Shown in pieces: positions 41,953 to 57,908 of a stretch of DNA of 64,000 nucleotides. How positions within the stretch are numbered: position 1 is the first letter of the stretch; every line of letters starts with the position of its first letter. The position numbers and the translations under genes were made by a program. Below the pieces are notes generated by a model, which did not search any database, was not told the origin of the DNA, and worked only from the letters and a program-made list of their open reading frames with translations. This DNA comes from Anaeromyxobacteraceae bacterium (lineage in GTDB: Bacteria > Myxococcota > Myxococcia > Myxococcales > Anaeromyxobacteraceae): contig JASGHJ010000002.1 in the NCBI GenBank assembly GCA_047602405.1, positions 2,912,001 to 2,976,000 on the forward strand. The letters are read 5' to 3'.

Positions 41953-43372
41953 CTACGCCGCCGAGGCCGCCGCGGGCGCCGCCGCCTCGAGGGCGCGGCC
42001 CTTACGGATGGTCATGATCACGTTGTAGACGAAGAAGAGCATGCCCACCGCGAAGATGACGCCGGCGAACGTGCGGGCCTGCCACATCGGGTAGTTGTCG
42101 ACGACCGTGTCGATGTAGTTCGGGTAGAGGAGCTTCCCGTTCGCGTCGGTCGCCTTCCACATCCAGCCCTGGCGGATGCCGGTGATCCACATCGTGATCG
42201 AGAAGAGGAGCTGGCCCACGAGCACCAGCCAGAAGTGCGTGTTCGCGATCTTCTCGGAGTAGATCTCGGTCCCGTAGATCCTCGGGATGACGTAGTAGAT
42301 CGAGGCCGTCGTCACCATCGTCACCCAGCCCATCGTGCCCATGTGGACGTGGCCGGGGACCCAGTCGGTGTAGTGGATGAGCTGGGAGACGACGCGGAAC
42401 GCCTGCGTCGGGCCCTGCACCGTCTGCAGGCCGTAGAAGGTGATGCCGAGGACGAAGAACTTGGTCAGGTAGTTCGACCGCATCTTCGACCAGTCCTGCC
42501 CCACCGTGTAGTAGCCGTTCACGACCGAGCCCCAGCTCGGCGCGATCAGGAAGATCGTGAAGATGATGCCGAGCGTCTGGAGCCAGTCCGGGATCGGCGT
42601 GTAGACGAGGTGGTGCGCGCCGGTCCACAGGTACGCGAACACGAGCGACCAGAAGGCGACGATGGAGAGGCGGTGGCTGAAGATGGGCAGCCCCGTCGAC
42701 TTCGGGAGGAAGTAGTAGAACATCGCCAGGATCGGCGTCGTGAAGACGAAGCCGACGGCGTTGTGGCCGTACCACCACTCGACGTTGGCGGAGTTCGCGC
42801 CCGCGAACAGGTGGTAGCTCTTCGTGAGGCCCGCCGGGATCGACAGGTTGTTCACGAGGTAGAGCACCGCGACGGCGACGACGGTCGCGAGCACGTACCA
42901 GAGCGCCACGTACATCTGCCTCTTCCTTGCGCTTGATGATGGTGCCGATCACGTTCACGGCGAACATCACCCACAGCACGACGATCGCGACGTCGAGCGG
43001 CCACTCCAGCTCGGCGTACTCGAGCGACTGGGTCTGGCCGGCGAGCAGCGAGACCGCGGCGAGCGCGATCCCGGCGTTGAAGAGCCAGAGCTGGAACCGG
43101 GCCAGCCTCGGGAAGAGCAGCGGCCGCTTCGTCAGCCGCATCACGATCCAGTAGCTGAGGCCGAAGATCGCGCCCACGCCGAGGCCGAACGCGAGGCCGT
43201 TCGTGTGGACGGTGCGGAGGCGCCCGTAGGTCAGGTACGGCGCGAAGTTGGCCTCGGGCGCCCAGAGCTGGACGGAGATCAGCAGGCCGAGGACGATGCC
43301 CACGACCCCCCAGAAGATCGCGGACAGGATGAACCCCTGGACCGTCTGGTGGTCGTACCTGTAATCGTTCAT
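41953..43372 (-). CDS. ccoN: cbb3 oxidase subunit I; frameshift ~42920
   Basis: YGRLRTVHT, EYAELEW, WWYGHNAVGF, WTGAHH, HYTDWVPGHVH. Confidence 0.96.
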
Positions 43373-43452
43373 GAGACGTTCCCCTCCCGGGTAGAAATCG
43401 AGGGGCAAGCTACACCTTCATGAGCCGGTCGAACAGCGGGGCGTTCGAGGCC

Positions 43453-43466
43453 TTGATCCCGGTCAA
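43453..43466. promoter_or_regulatory. FNR/FixK/Anr box upstream of ccoN
   Basis: TTGAT-cccg-GTCAA (9/10 consensus), about 80 bp upstream of ccoN; the expected regulator for cco operons. Confidence 0.8.
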
Positions 43467-43594
43467 GTCACCGACATTCCAGGGCGTTATGGAGCCTCGG
43501 CGCCTGCCCGGCGGTGCGGTCCCTTGCCGCACATCGCCCGTCCAGGGCCGCCCGGAGAGCCGATCCCGTTCGGGCCAAATCGCTCAGTTTCCGG

Positions 43595-45635
43595 TCACGC
43601 CGGCCGCACGTCGACCCGGTTGTCGTAGAAGGTCGAGCCGAACGCCTCGTCGGTGAGGCGCTGCGATGTGAGCGCGTTCACGTTCCGGCCGGAGAGCGTG
43701 TGCTCGAGCCAGGCGACGCCCGGCGCGACCGCGACGCCGGCGGGCACGCCCTCGTCGACGACGAGGCGGAAGGTCACCTCGCCGAGCGCGTTCCAGGCCA
43801 CGACCCGCGCCCCGTCGGCGAGCCCGCGCCGGCCGGCCTCCTCGCGCCCGAGGAGGAGCGGCATCACGCCGTTCCGCTCGCGCAGCTCGGGGCGCTCCTG
43901 GAACGTGGAGTTGAGCGTGTGCAGCGCGGGGGCGGTGACGAGCCGGAGCGGCAGCGGGTTCGCCTCGCGCTCCGCGTGGGACGGCAGGTAGCCCGGCAGC
44001 GGCGACGCGTGGCGAGGGTTCAGGAGCTCGATCCGCCCGGAGGGCGTGCCCCAGGTCTCGCCGCCGTCGGGGCGGCGGGCCCTCGGGGGCGGCGCCAGCG
44101 CGACGGGCTCGCCCGCGTCGAGCGCCGCGCGGTCCACGTCGCGCCACCAGTCCGGGCGGGTGCGGGCCGAGTCGTCGAGCACGCGGGCGATGACCGCGTC
44201 GGCGTCCATCGAGAAGACCGGGTCGAGGAGCCCGAGCGCCCGGGCGAGGCGCCCGACGGTCTCGAGGTTCGGCAAGGACTCGCCCACCGGCCGCACCACC
44301 GGCCGCACCCGCTGCACGGTGTAGTGGCCGTAGGAGCGGTAGAGGTCGGCGTGCTCGAGCGAGGAGGTGGCGGGCAGCACCACGTCGGCGAAGCGCGCGG
44401 TGTCGGTGAGGAACCGCTCGTGCACCGCCAGGAACAGATCCTCGCGCGCGAGCCCGGCGAGCACGGCGTTCTGGTCGGGCGCGACGGCGGCCGGGTTCGA
44501 GCACCAGACGTACATCGCCTTCACCGGGGGACCGCCGCCCGGGTCGCGCAGCACGTCGCCGAGCCCGTTCATCGTGAAGGTGCGGGTCGGCCGCGGCAGG
44601 AGATCCTCCCGCTTCCACCCCGACAGCTCGAACGCCTGCGACGAGGACGTCGACATCCAGCACCCGGCGCCCCGCCCCGGCGCGCCGAGCACGGCCGCGA
44701 GCGCCACCACGGCGCGCATGTTCGCGGCGCCGTTCCCGTGCCGCGACGGCCCGCCGCCGGGCCGGAGCATGGGCGCGCGGGCCCGCGCGAGCACGTGGGC
44801 GAAGCGCTCGATCTCGCCGGGGGGGAGGCCGACGATGGGGCTCGCCCAGGCCGGCGACCACTCCGCGAGCGCGCGGGCCCGGAGCTCGGGCCAGCCCACG
44901 GCCTCGCGGGCGAGGAACGCCTCGTCGGCCATGCCGTCGCGCGCGAGCACGTGGATGGCAGCGAGCGCGAGCGCCCCGTCGGAGCCGGGGCGGACCACCA
45001 GCACCTCGTCGGCGAGGTCGGCGCCCTCGTGGCGGTACAGCTCGACGAGGAGCACCTTCGCGCCCCGCCGCCGCGCGTCCTTGAGCCGCTGGACGAGGTG
45101 GATGTTCGTCGCGACGACGTTCGCGCCCCACACGACCACGAGGTCCGCCCGCTCGAGGTCGTCCGGGCCGGGCTGGGCGGTCGCCCCCATCACCGAGGTC
45201 CAGGCCGCGTCCTGGGCCGGGGTGCAGATGGAGCGCTCCAGGCGCGACGCGCCGAGCGCGTGGAAGAGCGCGAAGCCGGCGTTCCGCTGCACGACCCCCA
45301 TCGAGCCCGCGTAGGAGTAAGGAAGGATCGCCTCGCCGCCGTGCTCGGCCGCCACCACCCGGAACCGCTCCGCGACGAGGCGGATCGCCTCGTCCCAGCT
45401 CGCCCGGCGGAACTCGCCGGCGCCCTTCCGGCCGGTGCGCACGAGCGGCGTGGTGAGCCGCGCCGGCGAGTGCACGCTGCGTTCATACCCGTTCATCTTC
45501 GGGCAGAGCGTGCCCTGGCTGTAGGGGTGGGCCGGGTCGCCTCGCACCTTCACCGCCACCCCGCCCTCCACGCGCACGGAGAGCCCACACGCATCGGGGC
45601 AGTCGAAAGGACAGAATCGAGCGCGGGTCGGCCAT
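43595..45635 (-). CDS. Cytoplasmic molybdopterin-dependent oxidoreductase (N-terminal Fe-S motif); frameshift ~45616
   Basis: MADPRS(I)CPFDCPDAC...LCPK, SWDEA, TDTARFADVVLPA, LNSTF, STFYDNRV; no Tat signal. Confidence 0.88.
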
Positions 45636-45713
45636 GCCGGCACTCTAGTCGAGGTCGCGGGAGCCCACGACGTACCGGGTGGTCGTCCCGCGAACCGGGC
45701 GTCCGAGGTTCGT

Positions 45714-46187
45714 GTGGCCCACGGACACGGGCGTCCCCGGAACCCGGCCCGCTGGTACGTTCGCGGCCACCGAGGGGAGCTTCGCCTGTACGAGACCAAC
45801 GCCACCCGGGTGTACCTGCTCCGCCAGGGGGGCGCCGCGCCGCCTCCCGAGGGGCGCGAGGCGCTGCTCGAGGGCCTGCGCGCCGCCTCGGCCGGCGGGC
45901 CGGTCGCCGTCGTGATCGATCTCGGCGAGCGGCCCTCCTTCGACCCGGGCAGCGCCGCCTGGTGGCTGGGCGTCCTCGAGGACCGCGGGGCCGACGTGGC
46001 GGTGCTGGCGGTGATCACCCGCGCGCGCTCCCTGATGCTCGGCACCCTCGCGTTCTCCGCGATGGTCTCGCTCCGTCACCTCCCGGTGGAGGTGAAGGCG
46101 CTCGCCGACGAGCGCACCGCCATCGACTGGGCGGCGGCCGCGCTCGCGCGGGCCGCCGCGGAGCGCCGGCGCGCGAGCCGGGGGTGA
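45714..46187 (+). CDS. Hypothetical protein, STAS/SEC14 (SpoIIAA)-like; start uncertain
   Basis: VAVVIDL...LAVI...DERTAIDW pattern. Confidence 0.5.
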   Translation: MAHGHGRPRNPARWYVRGHRGELRLYETNATRVYLLRQGGAAPPPEGREALLEGLRAASAGGPVAVVIDLGERPSFDPGSAAWWLGVLEDRGADVAVLAVITRARSLMLGTLAFSAMVSLRHLPVEVKALADERTAIDWAAAALARAAAERRRASRG

Positions 46188-46215
46188 GCGGCGCCCCCGG
46201 CCCTGCGCCCGGCGC

Positions 46216-46629
46216 TCAGAACCGGCCTTGCCAGACCGTGAATGTCTGCAGGCGGCTCTGGTCGCGCCTGCGCTGGTCCAGCGTGAAGCTCTGCCCGTCC
46301 GTGGCGTGCAGCGACACCACCGGGCGCCCCGCCGAGTAGGTCGGACCGGTCGTCGCGTCGACGACGCCCCACACCAGCCCCGCGCCGAGGCCGATCACCG
46401 TGCCCCACGCGAGCGTGCGGCCCCAGTCGTACCCGCTCTCGTCCTGGATCCCCATCTTGTAGAGGATCACGCCGCCGCTCACCGCCGCCCCGACCAGCGC
46501 GCCGGACACCGCGTCGCGCAGCACGAGGCCGGCGGCGCTCGGCCGGTGGTCCACCGCGACGTACCCCTGCGCCGACGCGGTCCCCGCCGCCGCCAGGATC
46601 GCCGCCGCCACGAGCGCCCTCACCGTCAT
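46216..46629 (-). CDS. Exported/membrane hypothetical protein with glycine-zipper-like segments
   Basis: Signal ending ASA; GALVGAAVSGG and GTVIGLGAG; ends in aromatic GRF; RBS GGAGGGAG. Confidence 0.7.
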   Translation of the reverse strand: MTVRALVAAAILAAAGTASAQGYVAVDHRPSAAGLVLRDAVSGALVGAAVSGGVILYKMGIQDESGYDWGRTLAWGTVIGLGAGLVWGVVDATTGPTYSAGRPVVSLHATDGQSFTLDQRRRDQSRLQTFTVWQGRF

Positions 46630-46737
46630 GCTCCCTCCCCCGCCGGCCTCGCCGCCGGCGCCACCCGAGACGGTGGGTACGGCGGGCGGGCGGGACAACT
46701 CCACGCGCCTGGCGGCCCGCCGGGTAGAATCCCGGCC

Positions 46738-47718
46738 ATGCGAGCGCTCGTGACGGGGGCGGACGGATTCCTGGGGCGGGCGCTCGTGCGCCTGCTCGCC
46801 CGCAGGGGCGGCGGGCCCGGAGACGAGGTCCGCGCGCTCGTGCGCCGGCCCTCGCCGGCGCTCGAGGCGCTCGGCGCGCGGGTGCTCGTGGGCGACGCGA
46901 CCGACCCGGGCGCGCTCCGCGCCGCGGTCGAGGGCTGCGACGACGTCTTCCACCTCGCCGGCGTCCGCCGGGCCACCGACCCCGAGGAGTTCCGCCGGGT
47001 GAACGCCGGCTCGACCCGGCTCGCGCTCGAGGCCTGCCTCGCGGCGGCGCCCCGGCTCCGGCGCTTCGTGCTCGCGGGCTCGATGGCGGCGGCGGGCCCG
47101 TCCGCGACCCCGCGGCGCGAGGAGGATCCGGTCTCGCCGGTCGAGCCCTACGGCGCCTCGAAGATCGAGGCGGAGCGGATCGCGCTCTCCTACGCCGACC
47201 GCGTCCCGGTCGCCGTCGCGCGACCGCCGCGGATCATGGGGCCGGGCGACAAGGAGAACCTCTTCTTCTTCAAGATCGCGCGCGCGGGGTACGCGGTCGG
47301 CTTCGGCGGCGGGCGGCGGCCGCTCTCCTGGATCGACGTCGACGACTGCGCCCGCGGGATGCTCCTCCTCGCCGAGCGCCCCGAGGCGCGGGGCGAGGTC
47401 TTCTTCCTCGCCTCGCCCGACCTCACCGACGCCCAGGGCCTCATGCTCGCGGTCGCGGACGCGCTGCACCTGACCGTCCGCCGCGTCACCATGCCCGGGC
47501 TCGTCGTCCGCGCGGTGGCGGAGGCCGGCGAGGCGGTGCGCGCCCTGACCGGCCGTCGCTTCCCGCTCAACCGCAAGCTCGCGGCGCAGGCGCTCGCGCC
47601 GGGCTGGGTCTGCGATCCCTCGAAGGCGCGCGCCCGGCTCGGCTTCGTGGCCTCGACGCCGCTCGCCGACTCCGTGGCCCGGGCCGCCGCCTGGTACGTG
47701 CGCGAGGGCCTCCTCTGA
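46738..47718 (+). CDS. NAD-dependent epimerase/dehydratase (extended SDR), first gene of the elb-like operon
   Basis: TGADGFLG, FHLAG, YGASK. Confidence 0.9.
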   Translation: MRALVTGADGFLGRALVRLLARRGGGPGDEVRALVRRPSPALEALGARVLVGDATDPGALRAAVEGCDDVFHLAGVRRATDPEEFRRVNAGSTRLALEACLAAAPRLRRFVLAGSMAAAGPSATPRREEDPVSPVEPYGASKIEAERIALSYADRVPVAVARPPRIMGPGDKENLFFFKIARAGYAVGFGGGRRPLSWIDVDDCARGMLLLAERPEARGEVFFLASPDLTDAQGLMLAVADALHLTVRRVTMPGLVVRAVAEAGEAVRALTGRRFPLNRKLAAQALAPGWVCDPSKARARLGFVASTPLADSVARAAAWYVREGLL

Positions 47719-47848
47719 ACGGGCGTTTCCTGATCCGCCCATGCCGAGCGTAGGCTTCCGGCTGCCGCACGGCGGCCGGAAGCCGGAGTCGAGGCACCAA
47801 CGGTCCACTTGCGCGGGGGGCCCCGCCCGGTCTACGACCTCCCATCCC

Positions 47849-48523
47849 ATGGAGAAGCAGAAGGCGGCGTTCTTCGACGTCGACGGCACCCTGGTGAGCA
47901 CGAACATCGTGCACGCCCAGGCGTACTACGCGATGAACCAGGGGACGATCCTGGGCACCGCCTGGAAGACCTTCAAGACCGTGGCGTCGGTGCCGCTCTT
48001 CATGGTCACCGACCGCGTCAACCGGAAGGTCTTCAACGAGCTCTTCTACCGGTACTACGAGGGGCAGAGCGAGGACCGCCTCGAGGGGCTCGCCTCCGAG
48101 CTCTTCGAGGACGTCCTGAAGCCCGCCATCTTCCCGGGCACGAAGCGGCTCATCGAGGAGTGCCGGCGGACCGGCTGCCGGATCGTGCTCGTGACCGGCG
48201 CGCTCGACTTCACGGTGCGTGACCTCGCGAAGCACCTCGGCGCCGACGACGTCATCGCCAACAAGATGCGCTTCGTGCAGGGCGTCGCGACGGGCCAGGT
48301 CATCCCGCCCATCATCGAGGGCGCCCACAAGGCCCTCGTCATCCGCGACTACTGCGTGCGCGAGAACATCGCCCTCGAGAAGAGCTTCGCGTTCTCCGAC
48401 TCGTTCTCCGACTACCCGATGCTGGCGGTGGTCGGCCACCCCGCCGCGGTGAACCCCGAGCCGAAGCTCGCCCGGGTCGCGCGCGCGTACGAGTGGCCGA
48501 TCGTCCGCACCACCGAGGCCTGA
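47849..48523 (+). CDS. HAD-IB family phosphatase
   Basis: FFDVDGTL, VTG, K, FSDSFSDYPML motifs I-IV. Confidence 0.92.
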   Translation: MEKQKAAFFDVDGTLVSTNIVHAQAYYAMNQGTILGTAWKTFKTVASVPLFMVTDRVNRKVFNELFYRYYEGQSEDRLEGLASELFEDVLKPAIFPGTKRLIEECRRTGCRIVLVTGALDFTVRDLAKHLGADDVIANKMRFVQGVATGQVIPPIIEGAHKALVIRDYCVRENIALEKSFAFSDSFSDYPMLAVVGHPAAVNPEPKLARVARAYEWPIVRTTEA

Positions 48524-48532
48524 AGACCCACC

Positions 48533-50142
48533 ATGCGCGAGCCCCGCTCCCTCGACCGCTTCTACTCGGCCACCGACCCGATCGTCACCATCGAGCGCGA
48601 CTCCCCGCCGCGCGTGATGTTCTCCGGGGAGGACATCCTCATCGAGGACCTCCCGGTCGGCACGAAGGTCATCTACCCGAAGCCGCCGGTCGCGGGGCTC
48701 TCGAACGTGAAGGCGGCCATCTGGCACGCCATCCACCACCCCGAGGAGAGCCCGCCGCTCCACGCGCTCCTGCGCCCGGGGATGAAGGTCACCATCGCGA
48801 TCGACGACATCTCGCTCCCGCTGCCGCCCATGCGCACGCCCGACGTGCGCCAGCAGGTGCTCGAGGTGATCCTGCCGCTGCTCGCCGAGGCGGGCGTCGA
48901 CGACGTGCACCTCGTCATCGCCATCGCGCTCCACCGCCGGATGACCGAGGCGGAGATGAAGCGGATGGTGGGGCAGAAGATCTTCGACGCCTTCTACCCG
49001 GACCGCTACTACAACCACGACGCCGAGGAGCCCGACGGCTGCGTCACCCTCGGCACCACCGACCACGGCGAGAAGGTCATCCTCAACCGCCGGGCGGCCG
49101 AGTCCGACCTCGTCATCTACGTGAACCTCAACCTCGTGCCGATGGACGGCGGCCACAAGTCCATGGGCACCGGGCTCACGAACTACGAGGGCGTGAAGGC
49201 GCACCACACGCCGCATCACATCCGCAAGAGCCACTCGTACATGGACCCCGAGCGCTCCGAGATGCACCGCTCGGTGGACCGCATCGGGCGGATGATCGAC
49301 GAGCACGTGGACGTCTTCCACATCGAGACGACCATCAACAACCGGATGTTCGACGGGCCGCTCGACTTCCTGATGAAGCGCGAGGAGCACTTCACCGAGC
49401 TCGATCGGCTCAAGGCGGAGGGCATGCGGGCGATGCTGAAGCGGCTGCCCGCCGCCGCGAAGCGGAAGATCTTCCAGGCGGTGCCCGCCGCCTACGACGT
49501 CATCGCGGTCGCGGCGGGGCGCACCGAGCCCACCCACGCGAAGATCCTCGAGGCGTCCTGGAACCAGTACGCGGTCGACCTCGACTTCCAGGCCGACATC
49601 GCCATCATCGGGATCCCGTTCGTGTCGCCGTACAACGTGAACTCGATCCTGAACCCGCTGCTCGTGCAGGTGATGGCGAGCGGGTACTTCTTCAACTTCT
49701 ACCGGGGGAAGCCGCTCCTCAAGAAGGGCGGCACCCTCATCATCACCCACCCGTGCTCGGACAGCTTCGATCCCGAGCACCACCCGAGCTACATCGAGTT
49801 CTTCCACCGGCTCCTGCCCGAGACCCGCGACTCGCAGGTCCTCGAGCGCAAGTACGAGCGCGAGTTCGCCGAGAACCCGGCCTACGTGCACATGTACCGG
49901 ACCGGCAACGCGTACCACGGCGCCCACCCGTTCTTCATGTGGTACTGGGGCGAGAACGGCCGCCGGCACATGGGCCGGATCATCGCGGTCGGCGCCGACA
50001 ACGAGCACGTGCCGCGCATGATGGGCTGGGACTCCGCGCTGACGCTCTCGGAGGCGATCGACATGGCCCGCTCGGTCCACGGCCGCGGCGCCGAGATCGC
50101 GATGCTCCACGTGCCGCCCATCCTCATGACCCAGAACCTCGG

Positions 50143-50146
<4 letters not shown>
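48533..50146 (+). CDS. Lactate-racemase (LarA)-superfamily domain protein
   Basis: [24 protein letters not shown] motifs; located in the ether-lipid operon. Confidence 0.75.
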
Positions 50147-54759
<4,613 letters not shown>

Positions 54760-54763
<4 letters not shown>

Positions 54764-55776
54764 GCAACGTGCTCGTCACCGGCGCGACCGGCTTCCTCGG
54801 CACGCACCTCCTGCCGCTCCTCCTGCAGGCCGGGCACCGGGTGCGCGCGCTGCAGCGCTCGGACGCGCCCGCGGCGCGGAAGCTCGGCGCCGAGGTCGTG
54901 CAGGCGTCGGTCTCCGACGCCGACGCCGTGAAGGCCGCGCTCGACGGCGTGGACGCCGTCTTCCACCTCGCGGGCCGCGTCGACTTCGACCCGGGCAACC
55001 CCCGCGCGCTCTACGACCTCCACGTGAACGGCACGCGGGTCCTCCTCGAGGCCTGCGCCGCGGCGGGCGTGAAGCGCGTCGTGATGGCCTCGACCTCCGG
55101 GACCATCGCGGTGTCGAAGGAGGAGCGCGTCGCGACCGAGGACGACGACTACCCCATCGTCACGGTCGCCGACTGGCCCTACTACCTCTCGAAGATCTAC
55201 CAGGAGAAGGCCGCGCTCCGGATCCACCGGGACACCGGGCTCCCGCTCGTGTGCCTCAACCCGTCGCTCCTCCTCGGCCCCGAGGACGCGCGGCTCTCCT
55301 CGACCGACGTCGTCTACAAGTTCCTCGAGAAGCGCATCCCGGCGATGCCGTCGGGCGGCATCTCCTTCGTGGACGCCCGCGACGTCGCCGCCGCGTTCGT
55401 GGCCGCGCTCGAGCGGGGCCGCCCCGGCGAGCGCTACCTCCTCGGCGGCGCCAACATGAAGTTCTCCGAGTTCTTCAAGCGCCTCTCGCGCATCTGTGGC
55501 GTCGAGGCGCCGGTGCTGAAGCTCCCGACGAAGCTCAACGTCGCCGGCGCGAAGCTCCTCGAGAAGTGGCACGGCTGGCGCGGCTCCGAGCCCGACCTCG
55601 ACGCCCACTCCACCGAGATGGGCGAGCGCTGGTGGTACTGCGACTCCTCGAAGGCCGAGCGCGAGCTCGGCTTCGCGCCGCGGGATCCGCAGGAGACGCT
55701 CGTCGACACCGTGCGCTGGCTGGAAGCGAACGTGCGGCGGCGGGAGAAGGCGTCGGGCGTGTTCCTGCCGGGGTGA
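54760..55776 (+). CDS. NAD-dependent epimerase/dehydratase (dihydroflavonol-reductase-like), last gene of the elb-like operon
   Basis: TGATGFLG, YYLSK, VDARDVA, GERYLL; ATGA overlap with elbD. Confidence 0.9.
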
Positions 55777-55780
55777 CCCG

Positions 55781-56332
55781 TTGATCCCGACCGGAACCAC
55801 ACCAGTGGTGCGCGAGGGGGTTGAGCGGGCGCGCTCCGACATCGCTGCGCGCATCTCACCGCTCGGCTTCGCGCGCACGTTCAAGGGGCTCTGGACCCGT
55901 CCCCACGCGCTGACGATTGACTGGGTCTCCGTCGACCGCCACGGCTCCAGCTACGGAGCGCCGCTGACCTTCTCGGTCGACCTCCGCCTGCAACTCGGGA
56001 TCGACCTGCTCGACGGCCCGATGAAACGCGGCGCCTGGGGCCCGTCGAGCGACCCTGCTCATCTCAGGGCCGGCCGGTACCACCTCAGATTCAACGCCCG
56101 GAGCGGCAGCACCTACGAGCGCTGCATCGACGACCTCGCCCGGTTCGTTTCGGAGCTGGGCGAGCCCTGGTTCGCCCGGCTCGCGGCCCCCGAAGCTCTC
56201 GTCGCCGAGTTCGTGGCTCAGCAGGTTCCTGACGCGCGCGAGCGGATGGATGCGCTCCGCTCAGGCCGGGTCGACGCCGCGACGCGTGCGGCGACGCTCG
56301 AGGCGAAGGGCGTGAAGGCTCCCGCGTGCTGA
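55781..56332 (+). CDS. Hypothetical protein, DUF4304-like
   Basis: LGFAR...W...PWF pattern; visibly less GC-biased codons. Confidence 0.45.
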   Translation: MIPTGTTPVVREGVERARSDIAARISPLGFARTFKGLWTRPHALTIDWVSVDRHGSSYGAPLTFSVDLRLQLGIDLLDGPMKRGAWGPSSDPAHLRAGRYHLRFNARSGSTYERCIDDLARFVSELGEPWFARLAAPEALVAEFVAQQVPDARERMDALRSGRVDAATRAATLEAKGVKAPAC

Positions 56333-56425
56333 CGTGAAGGTGCGCAAGATGGCCGACCCGGCACACTCTTGAATTCGGCAGAGGTGCCCTCCCCGGGAAG
56401 GCGCCTGGCCGAGGCGCCGCCTTCC

Positions 56426-56797
56426 TCACGGCGCCGCCCAGGTCCCGCCGTAGTAGGTGCACATGGCGCCCGCGGCCGTGAGCGTGAAGGTGGGTGGGTA
56501 GAACCAGACCTCGATCGTCGTCGTGCTGCCGCGCACCACGGTGCACTTCCCCACGGCGTCGGTCGGGTTGCAGGTGACCCCGAGCGTTCCGCCGGCGTTC
56601 CCGCACTCGAACTCCACGTTGTGGACGTCGTCGGCAGCGAAGGCGCCGGTGAATGCGTAGTGCGAGCACTGACCGGAGATCGTGCGCTCGTCGCAGGAGG
56701 TCCGGAGCGGCTGCGGGGTGGTCTCGCCGTCGTGGCCGCCGCCGCAGGCGGCCAGGGCGAAGGCGAGCGCGAGCGGAGCGGCGTGGACGGGGCGCAT
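56426..56797 (-). CDS. Small Cys-rich lipoprotein
   Basis: LAAC lipobox, six further Cys, ends GGTW. Confidence 0.75.
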   Translation of the reverse strand: MRPVHAAPLALAFALAACGGGHDGETTPQPLRTSCDERTISGQCSHYAFTGAFAADDVHNVEFECGNAGGTLGVTCNPTDAVGKCTVVRGSTTTIEVWFYPPTFTLTAAGAMCTYYGGTWAAP

Positions 56798-56843
56798 GCC
56801 TCGTCCATACCACACCCGCGGTGCGGCCACCCGCGGCGTCCGG

Positions 56844-57773
56844 TCACTCCTGCGCCACCACCGCGACCCCGGCGCGCGCCGCCTGGCGCAGGCGCAGGGC
56901 GTCGCGGCGGGGCGGCTCGCCGAAGAGCCGGCTGTACTCGCGGCTGAACTGGCTCGGGCTCTCGTAGCCGACCGCGAAGCCGGCGCTCGCGGCGTCGCCC
57001 TCCCCGGCGAGGAGGAGCCGGCGCGCCTCGTTCAGGCGGATCCGCTTCTGGAACTGGAGCGGGCTCATCGCGGTGACCGCCTTGAAGTGGCGGTGGAAGG
57101 AGGAGGGGCTCATGCCCGCGCGCTTCGCGATCGCCTCCACGCGGAGCGGCTCCCGGTGGTGCTCGCGGATCCAGCCGATCGCCCGGCCCACCCGGGCGGC
57201 CGGGGAGTCGGCGAGCGCGATCCTCCGCAGGAGCGCGCCCTGCTCGCCGTCGAGGAGCCGGTAGAGGAGCTCGCGCTCGGCGAGCGGCGCGAGCGCGGCC
57301 GCGTCGCGCGGGCGGTCGAGGAGCCGGGCGAGGCGGAGCACGGGGTCGAGGAGCTCCGGGGTGATCGGGCTCACCGCGAGCCCCGCGCCGGTGGCGGGCG
57401 CCGGCGCGCGGCCGCCGGGCAGGTCCAGGAGCACGCTCGCGAGGAGGGCCCGGTCGAGCTTGAGGCAGAGCGCGAGCATCGGCGCGCGCGGGCTCGCGCG
57501 CACGATCTGGCCGGTCGCCGCCAGGTCCACCGACACCGCGAGGTACTTGCCCGCCTCGTAGTCGTGGCTGCGCCCGCCCATCGCGACGCGCTTCGCCCCC
57601 TGCGCGATGAAGCAGACGTTCGCGTCGTAGACGAGCGGCGCGGGGCGGGTCGGCGCGGTGGCGCGCAGGAGCCGCACCCGCGGCACCGCGGTCTCGAGGC
57701 GCGGCGCGGTGCAGTGGCGGTCGACGAGCTCGCGGAGCTCGGCGAGGCCGCTGCGGTCGAGGAGGTCGGGCAT
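56844..57773 (-). CDS. AraC-family transcriptional regulator (AraC_N + HTH)
   Basis: AQGAK, MSPSSFHRHFK, SPLQFQK, VGYESPSQFSREYSRLFG; divergent from the AKR gene. Confidence 0.93.
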   Translation of the reverse strand: MPDLLDRSGLAELRELVDRHCTAPRLETAVPRVRLLRATAPTRPAPLVYDANVCFIAQGAKRVAMGGRSHDYEAGKYLAVSVDLAATGQIVRASPRAPMLALCLKLDRALLASVLLDLPGGRAPAPATGAGLAVSPITPELLDPVLRLARLLDRPRDAAALAPLAERELLYRLLDGEQGALLRRIALADSPAARVGRAIGWIREHHREPLRVEAIAKRAGMSPSSFHRHFKAVTAMSPLQFQKRIRLNEARRLLLAGEGDAASAGFAVGYESPSQFSREYSRLFGEPPRRDALRLRQAARAGVAVVAQE

Positions 57774-57908
57774 CCGGGTCACCTGGCAGGATCGTGCAAG
57801 AAGATGCGAGCTTCGGTCTACCGCCGGGGCGGCTCCGGCGCCATGCTTCCGTCCACCGGGACGGACGCCCGCACGGATCGGGCAAGCACCCCCGGAGGAG
57901 ATCCACCC

